A stretch of DNA of 64,000 bases from Nitrospirota bacterium (lineage in GTDB: Bacteria; Nitrospirota; Thermodesulfovibrionia; Thermodesulfovibrionales; JdFR-88), in assembly GCA_021789935.1 (NCBI GenBank), contig JAJYIR010000007.1, forward strand, positions 11,050-75,049. Direction: 5' to 3'. The notes under the pieces were generated by a model. The model worked only from the letters and a program-made list of their open reading frames with translations, searched no databases and was not told the origin of the DNA. Shown in pieces: positions 49,678 to 57,620 of the stretch. Position 1 is the stretch's first letter, and every line of letters starts with the position of its first letter. The translations under genes and the position numbers were made by a program.

Positions 49678-49770
49678 CCGGGTTGCTCTTCCTTCATCGT
49701 ACGAGTAGCCCGGTTATCCTGGGATTAATTTTCAAGGGCGACAAGGCAGTTATCATTTTCTGTATGGCCC

Positions 49771-50955
49771 TCATATCTCCAGTTTTATTTCCGCGCACCA
49801 CTTGGACCTGCACTTTATCTTTGACACGTCGCAGCGGTCCTTGTACTTCTTTGCGATGTCCATAACCTCTTCCATCAGGCCCGCGCTCAGCGTTATGGGG
49901 GACAGGCCGAGTTTTAAAAACTCCTCATTGGAAACCCTCAGCTCGTTTTCGGGGGCCTCGCGCCTCGGATTGGGAAGGTAATCGATCCCCGCACCCGTCA
50001 TCTTGGATACCGTTTCCGCAAGCCATTTTACCGTATGGGTTTCCGTGGCCTGGTTGAATATTTTTACTTTTTTGCCTTTGTCCGGCGGGTTCTCGATGGC
50101 CAGCCTTATGCATCTTACGGTATCGCGGATGTGTATGAAGGCCCTCGTCTGCCCGCCCTTGCCGTGGACAGTGAGGGGGTGCCCTATGGCGGCCTGCATC
50201 AGGAAGCGGTTAAGCACGGTGCCGTAGTCCCCGTCGTAGTCGAACCTGTTTATCAGCCTTTCATCCAGGAGAGTTTCTTCCGTATTGGTGCCCCAGACGA
50301 TGCCCTGGTGAAGGTCCGTTATCCTCAGCTTGTCGTTCTTGTTGTAATAATAGAACATGAGGGCGTCCATGGTTTTTGTCATGTGGTAGACGCTGCCCGG
50401 GTCTGCCGGGTAGAGGATCTCAATGTCCTTGTTTGTGCCGTCCACGTCCACATTGACCTTCAGATACCCTTCCGGTATCTTCATGCCGGCAGTGCCGTAC
50501 CCGTACACGCCCATCGTGCCCAGGTGCACCATATGGATGTCCAGCCCGGACTCCACTATGGCGCAAAGTATGTTGTGCGTGGCATTTGTGTTGTTGTTCA
50601 CCGTGTACCGCTTGTGAAAGGCGGTTTTCATCGAATAAGGCGCGGCCCTCTGCTCCGCGAAATGCACGACCGCCCTCGGCTTTACTTCCTCCAGGAGCTT
50701 CAGAAGCCTGAAGTAATTAAGCGATACATCAAAATTATGGAATTTGATCACGTTGCCGGTGTTTTCCCCCCAGACCTCGAGGCGGGTCCCCATCGGCCGG
50801 ATGGGGGTGAGGGAAAAAGCCTCCAGCTCGTTGTCGATATTTCTGCGGCTCAGGTTGTCGACTATCGTCACATCATAGCCGTGTTTCGATAAGAACAGCG
50901 CGGTGGGCCATCCGCAGAACCCGTCCCCGCCGAATATGATGATGCTCTTGTTCAA
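49771..50955 (-). CDS. sqdB: UDP-sulfoquinovose synthase homolog (SQD1/SqdB/Agl3-type extended SDR)
   Basis: Colinear with plant SQD1 as I recall it. Here versus SQD1: GGDGFCGWPTALFLSKHGY vs GGDGYCGWATALHLSKKNY; VHFAEQRAAPYSM vs VHFGEQRSAPYSM; LGTMGVYG vs LGTMGEYG; SVYHMTK vs SFYHLSK; LNRFLMQAAIGHPLTVHGKGGQTRAFIHIRDTV vs [33 protein letters not shown]. Confidence 0.85.
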   Translation of the reverse strand: MNKSIIIFGGDGFCGWPTALFLSKHGYDVTIVDNLSRRNIDNELEAFSLTPIRPMGTRLEVWGENTGNVIKFHNFDVSLNYFRLLKLLEEVKPRAVVHFAEQRAAPYSMKTAFHKRYTVNNNTNATHNILCAIVESGLDIHMVHLGTMGVYGYGTAGMKIPEGYLKVNVDVDGTNKDIEILYPADPGSVYHMTKTMDALMFYYYNKNDKLRITDLHQGIVWGTNTEETLLDERLINRFDYDGDYGTVLNRFLMQAAIGHPLTVHGKGGQTRAFIHIRDTVRCIRLAIENPPDKGKKVKIFNQATETHTVKWLAETVSKMTGAGIDYLPNPRREAPENELRVSNEEFLKLGLSPITLSAGLMEEVMDIAKKYKDRCDVSKIKCRSKWCAEIKLEI

Positions 50956-51050
50956 GACATTCTCCTGATTATGCTTTCAATCAGCAAAGCAAGCTTTTTC
51001 AACTCCTTATATTAACAAAATAATGAGTGAAATTTCATGTTCAGGACACT

Positions 51051-51312
51051 AAGTGTCCTGTCCCGTAAATAGCTTTACATAACAGCTTTCACGTAAGGTT
51101 TAGAAACTTGGGCATCTCTAAGGTCGTCATGCCCGGGTGTCTTAATCGGGCATCCATTTTGACGTGTTTAACAATTGGATTCCCGCCTGCGCGGGAATGA
51201 CGGTCCTGTCGCTTGCGTATGTCGCTCTATGCAATTGGATTCCCGCCTGCGCGGGAATGACGGCCCAAAACATTCCCGATCCAAATGTAAAGAACCGTTA
51301 GGGACAGGACAC
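51051..51312 (+). mobile_element. MITE-like hairpin-rich repeat, copy C (with extra 60-bp internal module)
   Basis: Same orientation as copy A and near-identical to it. Ends GTGTCCTGTCCC (51053-51064) and GGGACAGGACAC (51301-51312) form a perfect 12-bp TIR. It lies between the sqdB homolog and a GT2 gene. Confidence 0.72.
51172..51263 (+). repeat. Two identical 32-bp palindrome-containing repeats separated by a 28-bp unique spacer
   Basis: CAATTGGATTCCCGCCTGCGCGGGAATGACGG occurs at 51172-51203 and 51232-51263. The spacer is TCCTGTCGCTTGCGTATGTCGCTCTATG. Copy A has a single unit. Confidence 0.85.
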
Positions 51313-51435
51313 CAGTCTGGCACCCTGCAAGCAAGACAAAAAACCGGCCGGGGTGCCGCAGCTTGAATTTGCCCGCCGCGATGCTGTTTTTTTCGCCTTC
51401 CGGTAATGATAAGCAAAGGATAGTTATAATAGAAA

Positions 51436-52230
51436 ATGAGCGTTAAACCGCTGGTTTCAATAATCAGCATCACCTATAACAGCGAAAAATTTTTGAGAGG
51501 CACCATCGAAAGCGTCCTGGGGCAGGACTATCCGCGAATCGAATACATCATTATAGACGGGGGCTCAAAAGACAGTACCCTTAAGATTGTCGAAGAGTAC
51601 AAGGGCAGGATAGCTAAAATCATTTCGGAGCCCGACAGGGGCATATCCGACGCCATGAACAAGGGCATAAGGCTCAGCACGGGAGAAATTATAGGCATCA
51701 TACATTCCGATGATTATTATGCCGGCAGCTCCGTGGTAAGCAGGGTGGTTAAGGCCTTCGAGGGCTCCCCGGATGTAAAAGTCACTTACGGCATCCAGGA
51801 TTTCGTGGCCCCGGACACGGGGGCCGTCCTGCTTAGCTGGGGAAGAGGCTCGGAGCCGGCAGAGATCAGGAAGAGGATGTATCTCCCCCACCCTACCGTC
51901 TTTTGCAGAAGAGAAGTCTATGAAAAGGCCGGGCTCTTCAGGGAGGACTACAGATACGCGATGGATTACGAATGGGCGATGAGGGTTACAAGATTTACAA
52001 GGCCCTATTTTATAAATCATAAACTTGCCGTAATGAGGGACATGGGGTCGAGCGGTAAAAATTACCGGATAGCGCTGTCCGAGGGGGCCCGCGCGCTGAG
52101 GGAAAACGGATACTATTTTGATTACTTGCTGACCCTCGGCAGAAACCTGGTAAAAATCGTGATGATAGAACTCGGTTTGAAGGACCTGCTTTATAAGCTC
52201 TGGGCCAAAAACGTCTCCAAGCCCTCTTAG
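51436..52230 (+). CDS. Glycosyltransferase family 2 (paralog of 45741-46556)
   Basis: VSIISITYNSEKFLRGTIESVLGQDYPRIEYIIIDGGSKDST...GIIHSDDYY. Confidence 0.9.
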   Translation: MSVKPLVSIISITYNSEKFLRGTIESVLGQDYPRIEYIIIDGGSKDSTLKIVEEYKGRIAKIISEPDRGISDAMNKGIRLSTGEIIGIIHSDDYYAGSSVVSRVVKAFEGSPDVKVTYGIQDFVAPDTGAVLLSWGRGSEPAEIRKRMYLPHPTVFCRREVYEKAGLFREDYRYAMDYEWAMRVTRFTRPYFINHKLAVMRDMGSSGKNYRIALSEGARALRENGYYFDYLLTLGRNLVKIVMIELGLKDLLYKLWAKNVSKPS

Positions 52231-52337
52231 GACCAAGCGTTTTTGACTATTTTTGAGTTATAATAAGGCTAATTAAAATGGAAAAGGCCAAAAAAGCCAA
52301 AAATCCTCATAGATATGGCCAAAGAATTTAAAATCCA

Positions 52338-53423
52338 ATGAAAACGGCTCTTATCACAGGAATAACTGGCCAGGACGGGGCGTATCTGGCCGATTTCCTT
52401 CTTGATAAAGGTTACCTGGTGCATGGCGTCAAGCGCAGGTCGTCTTTGTTCAATACGGGCAGGATAGACCACCTTTACCAGGACCCGCACGAGAAAGACG
52501 TCCGGTTCAAGCTCCACTATGGAGACCTTACCGATGCGGCGAACCTTATCCGGATAGTGCAGGAGACCCAGCCCGACGAGATATACAATCTGGCGGCCCA
52601 GAGCCATGTACAAGTCTCCTTTGAGACCCCGGAGTATACCGCCAACGCGGACGGGCTCGGCACCCTGCGGCTCCTAGAGGCCATGAAGGTGCTGGGGCTT
52701 GGCAATAAGACGCGGTTTTACCAGGCATCCACCTCCGAGCTTTACGGGAAGGTCCGGGAAACGCCGCAGACTGAAAACACCCCCTTCTACCCCCGAAGCC
52801 CATACGCGGTGGCGAAGCTTTATTCCTACTGGATCACGGTGAATTACCGGGAGGCCTTCGGCTACTTCGCCTGTAACGGGATACTTTTTAATCACGAATC
52901 CCCTGTGAGGGGCGAGACGTTTGTCACAAGGAAGATAACGCGGGCAGTGGCCCGGATAAAGCTGGGACTGCAGAAGAAATTATATCTTGGCAATCTCAAC
53001 TCAAAAAGAGATTGGGGACACGCCAAAGATTATGTCCGGGCGCAATGGCTTATAGTGCAGCAGGAGGTACCGGAAGATTTTGTCATTGCCACCGGACAAC
53101 AGCACTCGATCCGGGAGTTCGTAACGGAAGCGTTTCAGCAGGTGGGAATCGGGCTGGAATGGAAAGGGACGGGGCTTGACGAAAAAGGGACCGCCTCTGA
53201 AACCGGCGAGGTCCTGGTTGAAGTGGACAAAAGATACTTCCGTCCTACCGAAGTGGAGACGCTCCTTGGGGACGCAACCAAGGCAAGGGAGAAACTGGGC
53301 TGGACCCCAACGGTTACTTTCAGGGAGCTTGTTGCCGAGATGGTGAGGGAAGACCTCAAGGAAGCCGAACGCGATCAATTGTGCGAAAAAAACGGTTTCA
53401 AGACCATGAAGTATTTCGAGTAA
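52338..53423 (+). CDS. gmd: GDP-mannose 4,6-dehydratase
   Basis: [48 protein letters not shown], and NHESPVRG. Confidence 0.97.
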   Translation: MKTALITGITGQDGAYLADFLLDKGYLVHGVKRRSSLFNTGRIDHLYQDPHEKDVRFKLHYGDLTDAANLIRIVQETQPDEIYNLAAQSHVQVSFETPEYTANADGLGTLRLLEAMKVLGLGNKTRFYQASTSELYGKVRETPQTENTPFYPRSPYAVAKLYSYWITVNYREAFGYFACNGILFNHESPVRGETFVTRKITRAVARIKLGLQKKLYLGNLNSKRDWGHAKDYVRAQWLIVQQEVPEDFVIATGQQHSIREFVTEAFQQVGIGLEWKGTGLDEKGTASETGEVLVEVDKRYFRPTEVETLLGDATKAREKLGWTPTVTFRELVAEMVREDLKEAERDQLCEKNGFKTMKYFE

Positions 53424-53431
53424 AATACTGA

Positions 53432-54367
53432 ATGGACAAGTCCTCCAGGATCTACATCGCCGGCCACCGCGGCCTGGTAGGTTCGGCCCTTCTGAGAAAG
53501 CTCCGGTCTGAAAGATATGAAAACCTGGTCCTGCGCACAAGCGGCGAGCTGGACCTGAGAGAACAAGCCGCGGTCCGGGAGTTCTTCCGCACCGAAAGAC
53601 CGGAATATGTGTTCCTTGCGGCCGCCAGAGTGGGCGGCATTCACGCCAATAATTCCTTTCCGGCCCAGTTCATATATGAAAACCTCATGATAGAGGCAAA
53701 TATCATTCACTCGAGTTATCTTTCGGGAGTGAAAAAACTCCTGTTCCTGGGGAGCTCATGCATTTATCCTAAATTCGCCCCTCAGCCTATAAAGGAGAAC
53801 AGCCTTCTGGAGGGGAAACTGGAACCTACAAATCAGGCCTATGCCATAGCGAAGATAGCGGGGATCGAGATGTGCCGCTCATATAACACGCAGTATGGGA
53901 CCGGCTATATATCCTTAATGCCCACGAACCTTTACGGGCCGGAGGATAATTTTGATCTGGAAAATGCGCATGTCCTTCCTGCCCTTATAAGGAAATTCGT
54001 TGAGGCCGGACGGGAGAACAGGCCTGATGTCACCGTATGGGGGACGGGCTCCCCGATGCGTGAATTCCTCTATGTGGACGACCTGGCGGACGCTTCCCTT
54101 TTTCTTATGAAAAATTATTCCGGGTCCGGCCCGGTCAATATCGGCACCGGACGGGACATCTCGATCCGGGATCTGGCCTTGATGGTCAAAAAGATCACCG
54201 GCTTCCAGGGAGGGATAGTTTTTGACAACTCAAAACCGGATGGCACGCCGAGAAAGCTCCTGGATGTCTCTCTGCTGAACTCCATGGGCTGGCAAGCCAT
54301 GACCGGACTTGAAGAAGGCATCAGGCTTACTTACGAGTGGTACATGCAAAACCGCCCAGGAAAATAA
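53432..54367 (+). CDS. fcl: GDP-L-fucose synthase
   Basis: [35 protein letters not shown], and YAIAKIAG. Confidence 0.95.
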   Translation: MDKSSRIYIAGHRGLVGSALLRKLRSERYENLVLRTSGELDLREQAAVREFFRTERPEYVFLAAARVGGIHANNSFPAQFIYENLMIEANIIHSSYLSGVKKLLFLGSSCIYPKFAPQPIKENSLLEGKLEPTNQAYAIAKIAGIEMCRSYNTQYGTGYISLMPTNLYGPEDNFDLENAHVLPALIRKFVEAGRENRPDVTVWGTGSPMREFLYVDDLADASLFLMKNYSGSGPVNIGTGRDISIRDLALMVKKITGFQGGIVFDNSKPDGTPRKLLDVSLLNSMGWQAMTGLEEGIRLTYEWYMQNRPGK

Positions 54368-54459
54368 TTTGCTTCTCCCCGTGATTTTAAGGATTCCCGC
54401 ATGCGTGCAGGCGTTTTCCCTTTGTGAAAATAAAAATATCAAAATGGGCGGCATATAAG

Positions 54460-55335
54460 ATGCCTGTAGTCTCCGTAATAATACCTACCTGCAACAGGCC
54501 GGAGAGCCTGAAGGTGGCAATAAAAAGCGTGCTGGTGCAAACCTTCGGAGACCTGGAGCTGATAGTAGTAAATGACTGCGGCGAAAATGATTTAGGCGCA
54601 TTGATATCCGGGATGAACGACAACAGGATAAAGTACCTGGCACATGAGACAAACAGAGGCCCTTCAGCCGCCAGGAACACGGGCATTAAGGCCGCCAGGG
54701 GCAAGTACATAGCCTGCCTGGATGACGATGACATCTATTACCCCGGCCATCTTCAAACCCTGGTGGATTTCCTGGAAACCTCTGAATACAAGATTGCCTA
54801 CGCGGATACGTTCCGTACGCTTCAGGTCCTGGAAAAAGGGGCCTGCGTGACAAAGAGGAAAGATCTTTTTTCATTCGATTATGATCCGGACCGGATTCTC
54901 ATTGATAATTTAATGCCTCCGGTTTGTTTACTGTACGAAAAATCCATTTTGGAGGAAACAGGCCTTTTTGACGAATCCATCCGTTTCGGCGAGGACTGGG
55001 ATTTTTGTATAAGAATGTCGCTGAAATATCCTTTTGGGCATGTAAGGGAAGTTACTTCGGAATACCGCTGGAGGCTGGATGGCTCAAATGCTACCAGCTC
55101 CGGGCAGATGGGATTTGTAGAGGCCAGGGAAAGGATTTATAAAAAATACGAATCCGTTGCCGCCGGCAGACCCGGAATTCTGGAAATGCAGAGAAAAACC
55201 CTCAAGAGCGAGCGCAGGCAGGCCGAAAAGGGAAACTGGGCCAAAAAAGAAAAACTTAAGGTCTACGTAATAAAAATAATCGGACTTAGAGGTCTTGATA
55301 TTTTGTACAGGCTTAAACTGAAACTTCTTGGCTGA
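54460..55335 (+). CDS. Glycosyltransferase family 2
   Basis: VSVIIPTCNRPESLKVAIKSVLVQTF...ELIVVNDCG and the LDDDD (DxD) motif. ATG 54460 was chosen over GTG 54424. Confidence 0.88.
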   Translation: MPVVSVIIPTCNRPESLKVAIKSVLVQTFGDLELIVVNDCGENDLGALISGMNDNRIKYLAHETNRGPSAARNTGIKAARGKYIACLDDDDIYYPGHLQTLVDFLETSEYKIAYADTFRTLQVLEKGACVTKRKDLFSFDYDPDRILIDNLMPPVCLLYEKSILEETGLFDESIRFGEDWDFCIRMSLKYPFGHVREVTSEYRWRLDGSNATSSGQMGFVEARERIYKKYESVAAGRPGILEMQRKTLKSERRQAEKGNWAKKEKLKVYVIKIIGLRGLDILYRLKLKLLG

Positions 55336-55514
55336 AAGCCGGACCGGCCTTTCTTACCTTCCTCCTCTGGAAATCATCGGCCGTGCCTTGCCGGAGGCAG
55401 GCGGCGGCGAGGATCGGGGCAAGCCCGCAAACCGCCCGTCCATTTTATTATATATCGCATTGAAATACATCAATTAAAAGCATATAATAAAAGCATACAT
55501 TGGAGGTGACAAAA

Positions 55515-55754
55515 GTGCGTGCAACATTGAACATACCCGATGATCTGATAAAGGAAGTGCAGAAGGTCTCCGGCGAGAAGTCAAAGACCAGGGCGGTGAC
55601 CATTGCCATGAAAGAGTATATAAAGCAGCAGAAACTTAAAGAGATACTTCGTCTTAGAGGGAAGACCGGCTTTGCCTTTGACTGGGAAGAAGAGGAGAAA
55701 AAAGAAATGAAGGCGCAAGCCGGAAGGGAACGGGCAATTGGGAAAAGAAAATAA
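55515..55754 (+). CDS. vapB: Type II antitoxin, VapB-like (DUF2191-like)
   Basis: RATLNIPDDLIKEVQKVSGEKSKTRAVTIAMKEYIK. GTG 55515 is preceded by GGAGGTGA. It overlaps the PIN gene. Confidence 0.75.
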   Translation: MRATLNIPDDLIKEVQKVSGEKSKTRAVTIAMKEYIKQQKLKEILRLRGKTGFAFDWEEEEKKEMKAQAGRERAIGKRK

Positions 55755-56133
55755 AAACGTCCTTGTCGATACCAGCGCCTGGATCGAGTTCTTCAGGGAC
55801 ACCCCCGGCACGGCGGATACGGTCTCAAAAATCATAGAAAACGGCCGGGCATGTATCTGCGGAGTGATATATTTCGAGCTCTTACAGGGCATAAGGACCG
55901 GCGAGGACCCGGGGCGTTTAATAGAGCTTCTTGCGGCGCTCAACTTCGTTGAAACCACGGCAGACATATGGATAAAGGCCGGCAATATCTCCGCCGCGCT
56001 GAGGAAGCAGGGGACAACTTTGCCCATGTCCGATCTGCTCATAGGCGCCACAGCGATCGAGCGCGGTCTTTCTGTGCTTACTTATGACGAGCATTTCTCA
56101 AGCATTCCAGGGCTCAACCTATACCGCCAATAA
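55738..56133 (+). CDS. vapC: PIN domain toxin VapC
   Basis: VLVDTSAWIEFF (first acidic residue), ELLQG, and DLLIGATAIERGLSVLTYDEHF. TTG start. Confidence 0.85.
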   Translation: MGKENKNVLVDTSAWIEFFRDTPGTADTVSKIIENGRACICGVIYFELLQGIRTGEDPGRLIELLAALNFVETTADIWIKAGNISAALRKQGTTLPMSDLLIGATAIERGLSVLTYDEHFSSIPGLNLYRQ

Positions 56134-56225
56134 ATCCCTTTTTCGCCATAATTGCCATTATTTTTATTTTTCGGGGGTTTGGGGCATAGCCCCAAAATAA
56201 AGGGCGGGCGGGAAAAAATCTTTTT

Positions 56226-56567
56226 TTACCCCGGCGGCCAGTGCATGCGCCTGCCGCCAAGCACATGCAGGTGCATGTGGTACACGCTCTGCCCCGCTTC
56301 CGGGTTGGTGTTCATCACCAGCCGGAACCCGCGGCCCGCGATTTTTTTGTCTTCCGCAATGCGGCCAGCCACCCTGTAGAGATGCCCGATAAGGGCCTCG
56401 TCCCCGTCTTTCAGATCAAGAGTGGTGGGGATGTGCTTCCTGGGAATCACCAGGAAATGGACGGGGGCCTGGGGGGCGATGTCCTCGAATGCCACGCACT
56501 CATCGTCCTCGTAAATCAGCTTTGCCGGTGTCTGTTTTAAGGCTATCCGGCAGAACAGGCAGTCCAT
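56226..56567 (-). CDS. HIT family (histidine triad nucleotide-binding) protein
   Basis: CLFCRI and the histidine triad HMHLHVLGG. Confidence 0.92.
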   Translation of the reverse strand: MDCLFCRIALKQTPAKLIYEDDECVAFEDIAPQAPVHFLVIPRKHIPTTLDLKDGDEALIGHLYRVAGRIAEDKKIAGRGFRLVMNTNPEAGQSVYHMHLHVLGGRRMHWPPG

Positions 56568-56890
56568 TATATCTTTCTGAAAAAACAGGTCCTCTCGCCG
56601 GTATGGCAGGCCCCGGCCCCGGCCTGCTTCACCTTTACCAGCAGAGTGTCCGCGTCGCAGTCGTAAAGCACCTCTTTTACCTGCTGGGTGCAGCCGGAGG
56701 TCTCGCCCTTCTTCCAGTATTTCTGCCTGGAGCGGCTCCAGAAATGGGTGTACCCGCTTTCAAGCGTCATCTTCAGGGATTCGCTGTTCATCCAGGCCAT
56801 CATGAGCACCTCGCCGGTGTCCGCCTCCTGCACTATGGCGGGAATCAGGCCTTTTTCATCATATTTAAGCTCCGGAATGTTATCGTTCAT
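56567..56890 (-). CDS. hisI: Phosphoribosyl-AMP cyclohydrolase (stand-alone HisI)
   Basis: [50 protein letters not shown], and [10 protein letters not shown]. Confidence 0.93.
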   Translation of the reverse strand: MNDNIPELKYDEKGLIPAIVQEADTGEVLMMAWMNSESLKMTLESGYTHFWSRSRQKYWKKGETSGCTQQVKEVLYDCDADTLLVKVKQAGAGACHTGERTCFFRKI

Positions 56891-57369
56891 AGTTTGTAGC
56901 CTATCTTTCTTAAAAAATCCTTTCTGTTTGTCTTGTCTTCAGCGGTTTCAATCCCTTTTGGGGCGTTGCCGTCTATAACGCCAAGTACGCCCGCGCCCTG
57001 CGCCGTCCTGGCCGCTACCACCTCCACCGGGTTTGCCGTGGCGCAAAAGATGTTGCACACCTCCGGGCATTCCTTGATACGGTTAAGGACGTTTACGGGG
57101 AAGGCGTCCTTCAGGATGATGCAGAAGACATGCCCCGCCCCGATGGCCTGAAGGTTTTTTACGCAGGCATCCATCAACGGCTGGTCGTTTCCTTCCTTCC
57201 GTATGAGGCACGGCCCGGAGGCCTCGGTGAAGGCAACCCCGAACCTGGCTTGCGGAACGGAAGTGACGATGGCCTCATAAAGGTCCTCGGCGGTCTTTAT
57301 GAAATGGGTCTGGCCCAGGATGAGGTTCGTCCCCTCCGGAATCTCCATGGGCACTGTCATTATTTCCAT
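56887..57369 (-). CDS. Adenosine-specific kinase family protein (PF04008-like)
   Basis: [21 protein letters not shown]...[11 protein letters not shown]...[20 protein letters not shown]...[10 protein letters not shown]...GVLGVIDG...[12 protein letters not shown]. This matches the mostly archaeal family as I recall it. Confidence 0.72.
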   Translation of the reverse strand: MEIMTVPMEIPEGTNLILGQTHFIKTAEDLYEAIVTSVPQARFGVAFTEASGPCLIRKEGNDQPLMDACVKNLQAIGAGHVFCIILKDAFPVNVLNRIKECPEVCNIFCATANPVEVVAARTAQGAGVLGVIDGNAPKGIETAEDKTNRKDFLRKIGYKL

Positions 57370-57479
57370 GCGAAATTATAGCACAGGGGATAAGGGTTCC
57401 CGCCCGCCCACCCCTTTTTAGCTCGGGACTTCACCCCCAATCCCCCCTTTACGGCAAAAAATTAAAGTCACTGATAAAT

Positions 57480-57620
57480 GGATGGAAGAGGGCCGTGGGC
57501 ATTTGAGCGGATTTTTTTGCCGGTAACGCGGCCAAGGACGGCCGCATAGGCAAAAGCCTCGGAGCCGAACAGGACGTTCGGCGAGAATGATGCGAAAATG
57601 CTTATGGCCCTCTTCCATCC
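57480..57620 (+). ncRNA. Candidate structured RNA / inverted-repeat element in the GH57 upstream region
   Basis: A perfect 15-bp closing helix, GGATGGAAGAGGGCC (57480-57494) with GGCCCTCTTCCATCC (57606-57620). It encloses two hairpins: GCGGCC-AAGGAC-GGCCGC (57528-57545) and CTCG-GAG-CCGAAC-AGGAC-GTTCGG-CGAG (57558-57585). The strand is inferred only from the GGA loops. Confidence 0.35.

Noticed and set aside
51172-51263. Possible minimal CRISPR array (two 32-bp repeats with a 28-bp spacer)
   Set aside because: There are only two repeats, no cas genes in 64 kb, and the unit sits inside a dispersed MITE-like element whose flanks are conserved at a second locus with a single unit. I report it as a repeat and a finding, not as a CRISPR feature.
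51168-51473. Small ORFs across MITE copy C (51168..51473 minus, 51175..51366 plus)
   Set aside because: Their translations (DSRLRGNDG..., FPRRRESNC repeated) are simply read-through of the palindromic repeat units in both directions. They show no coding signal.
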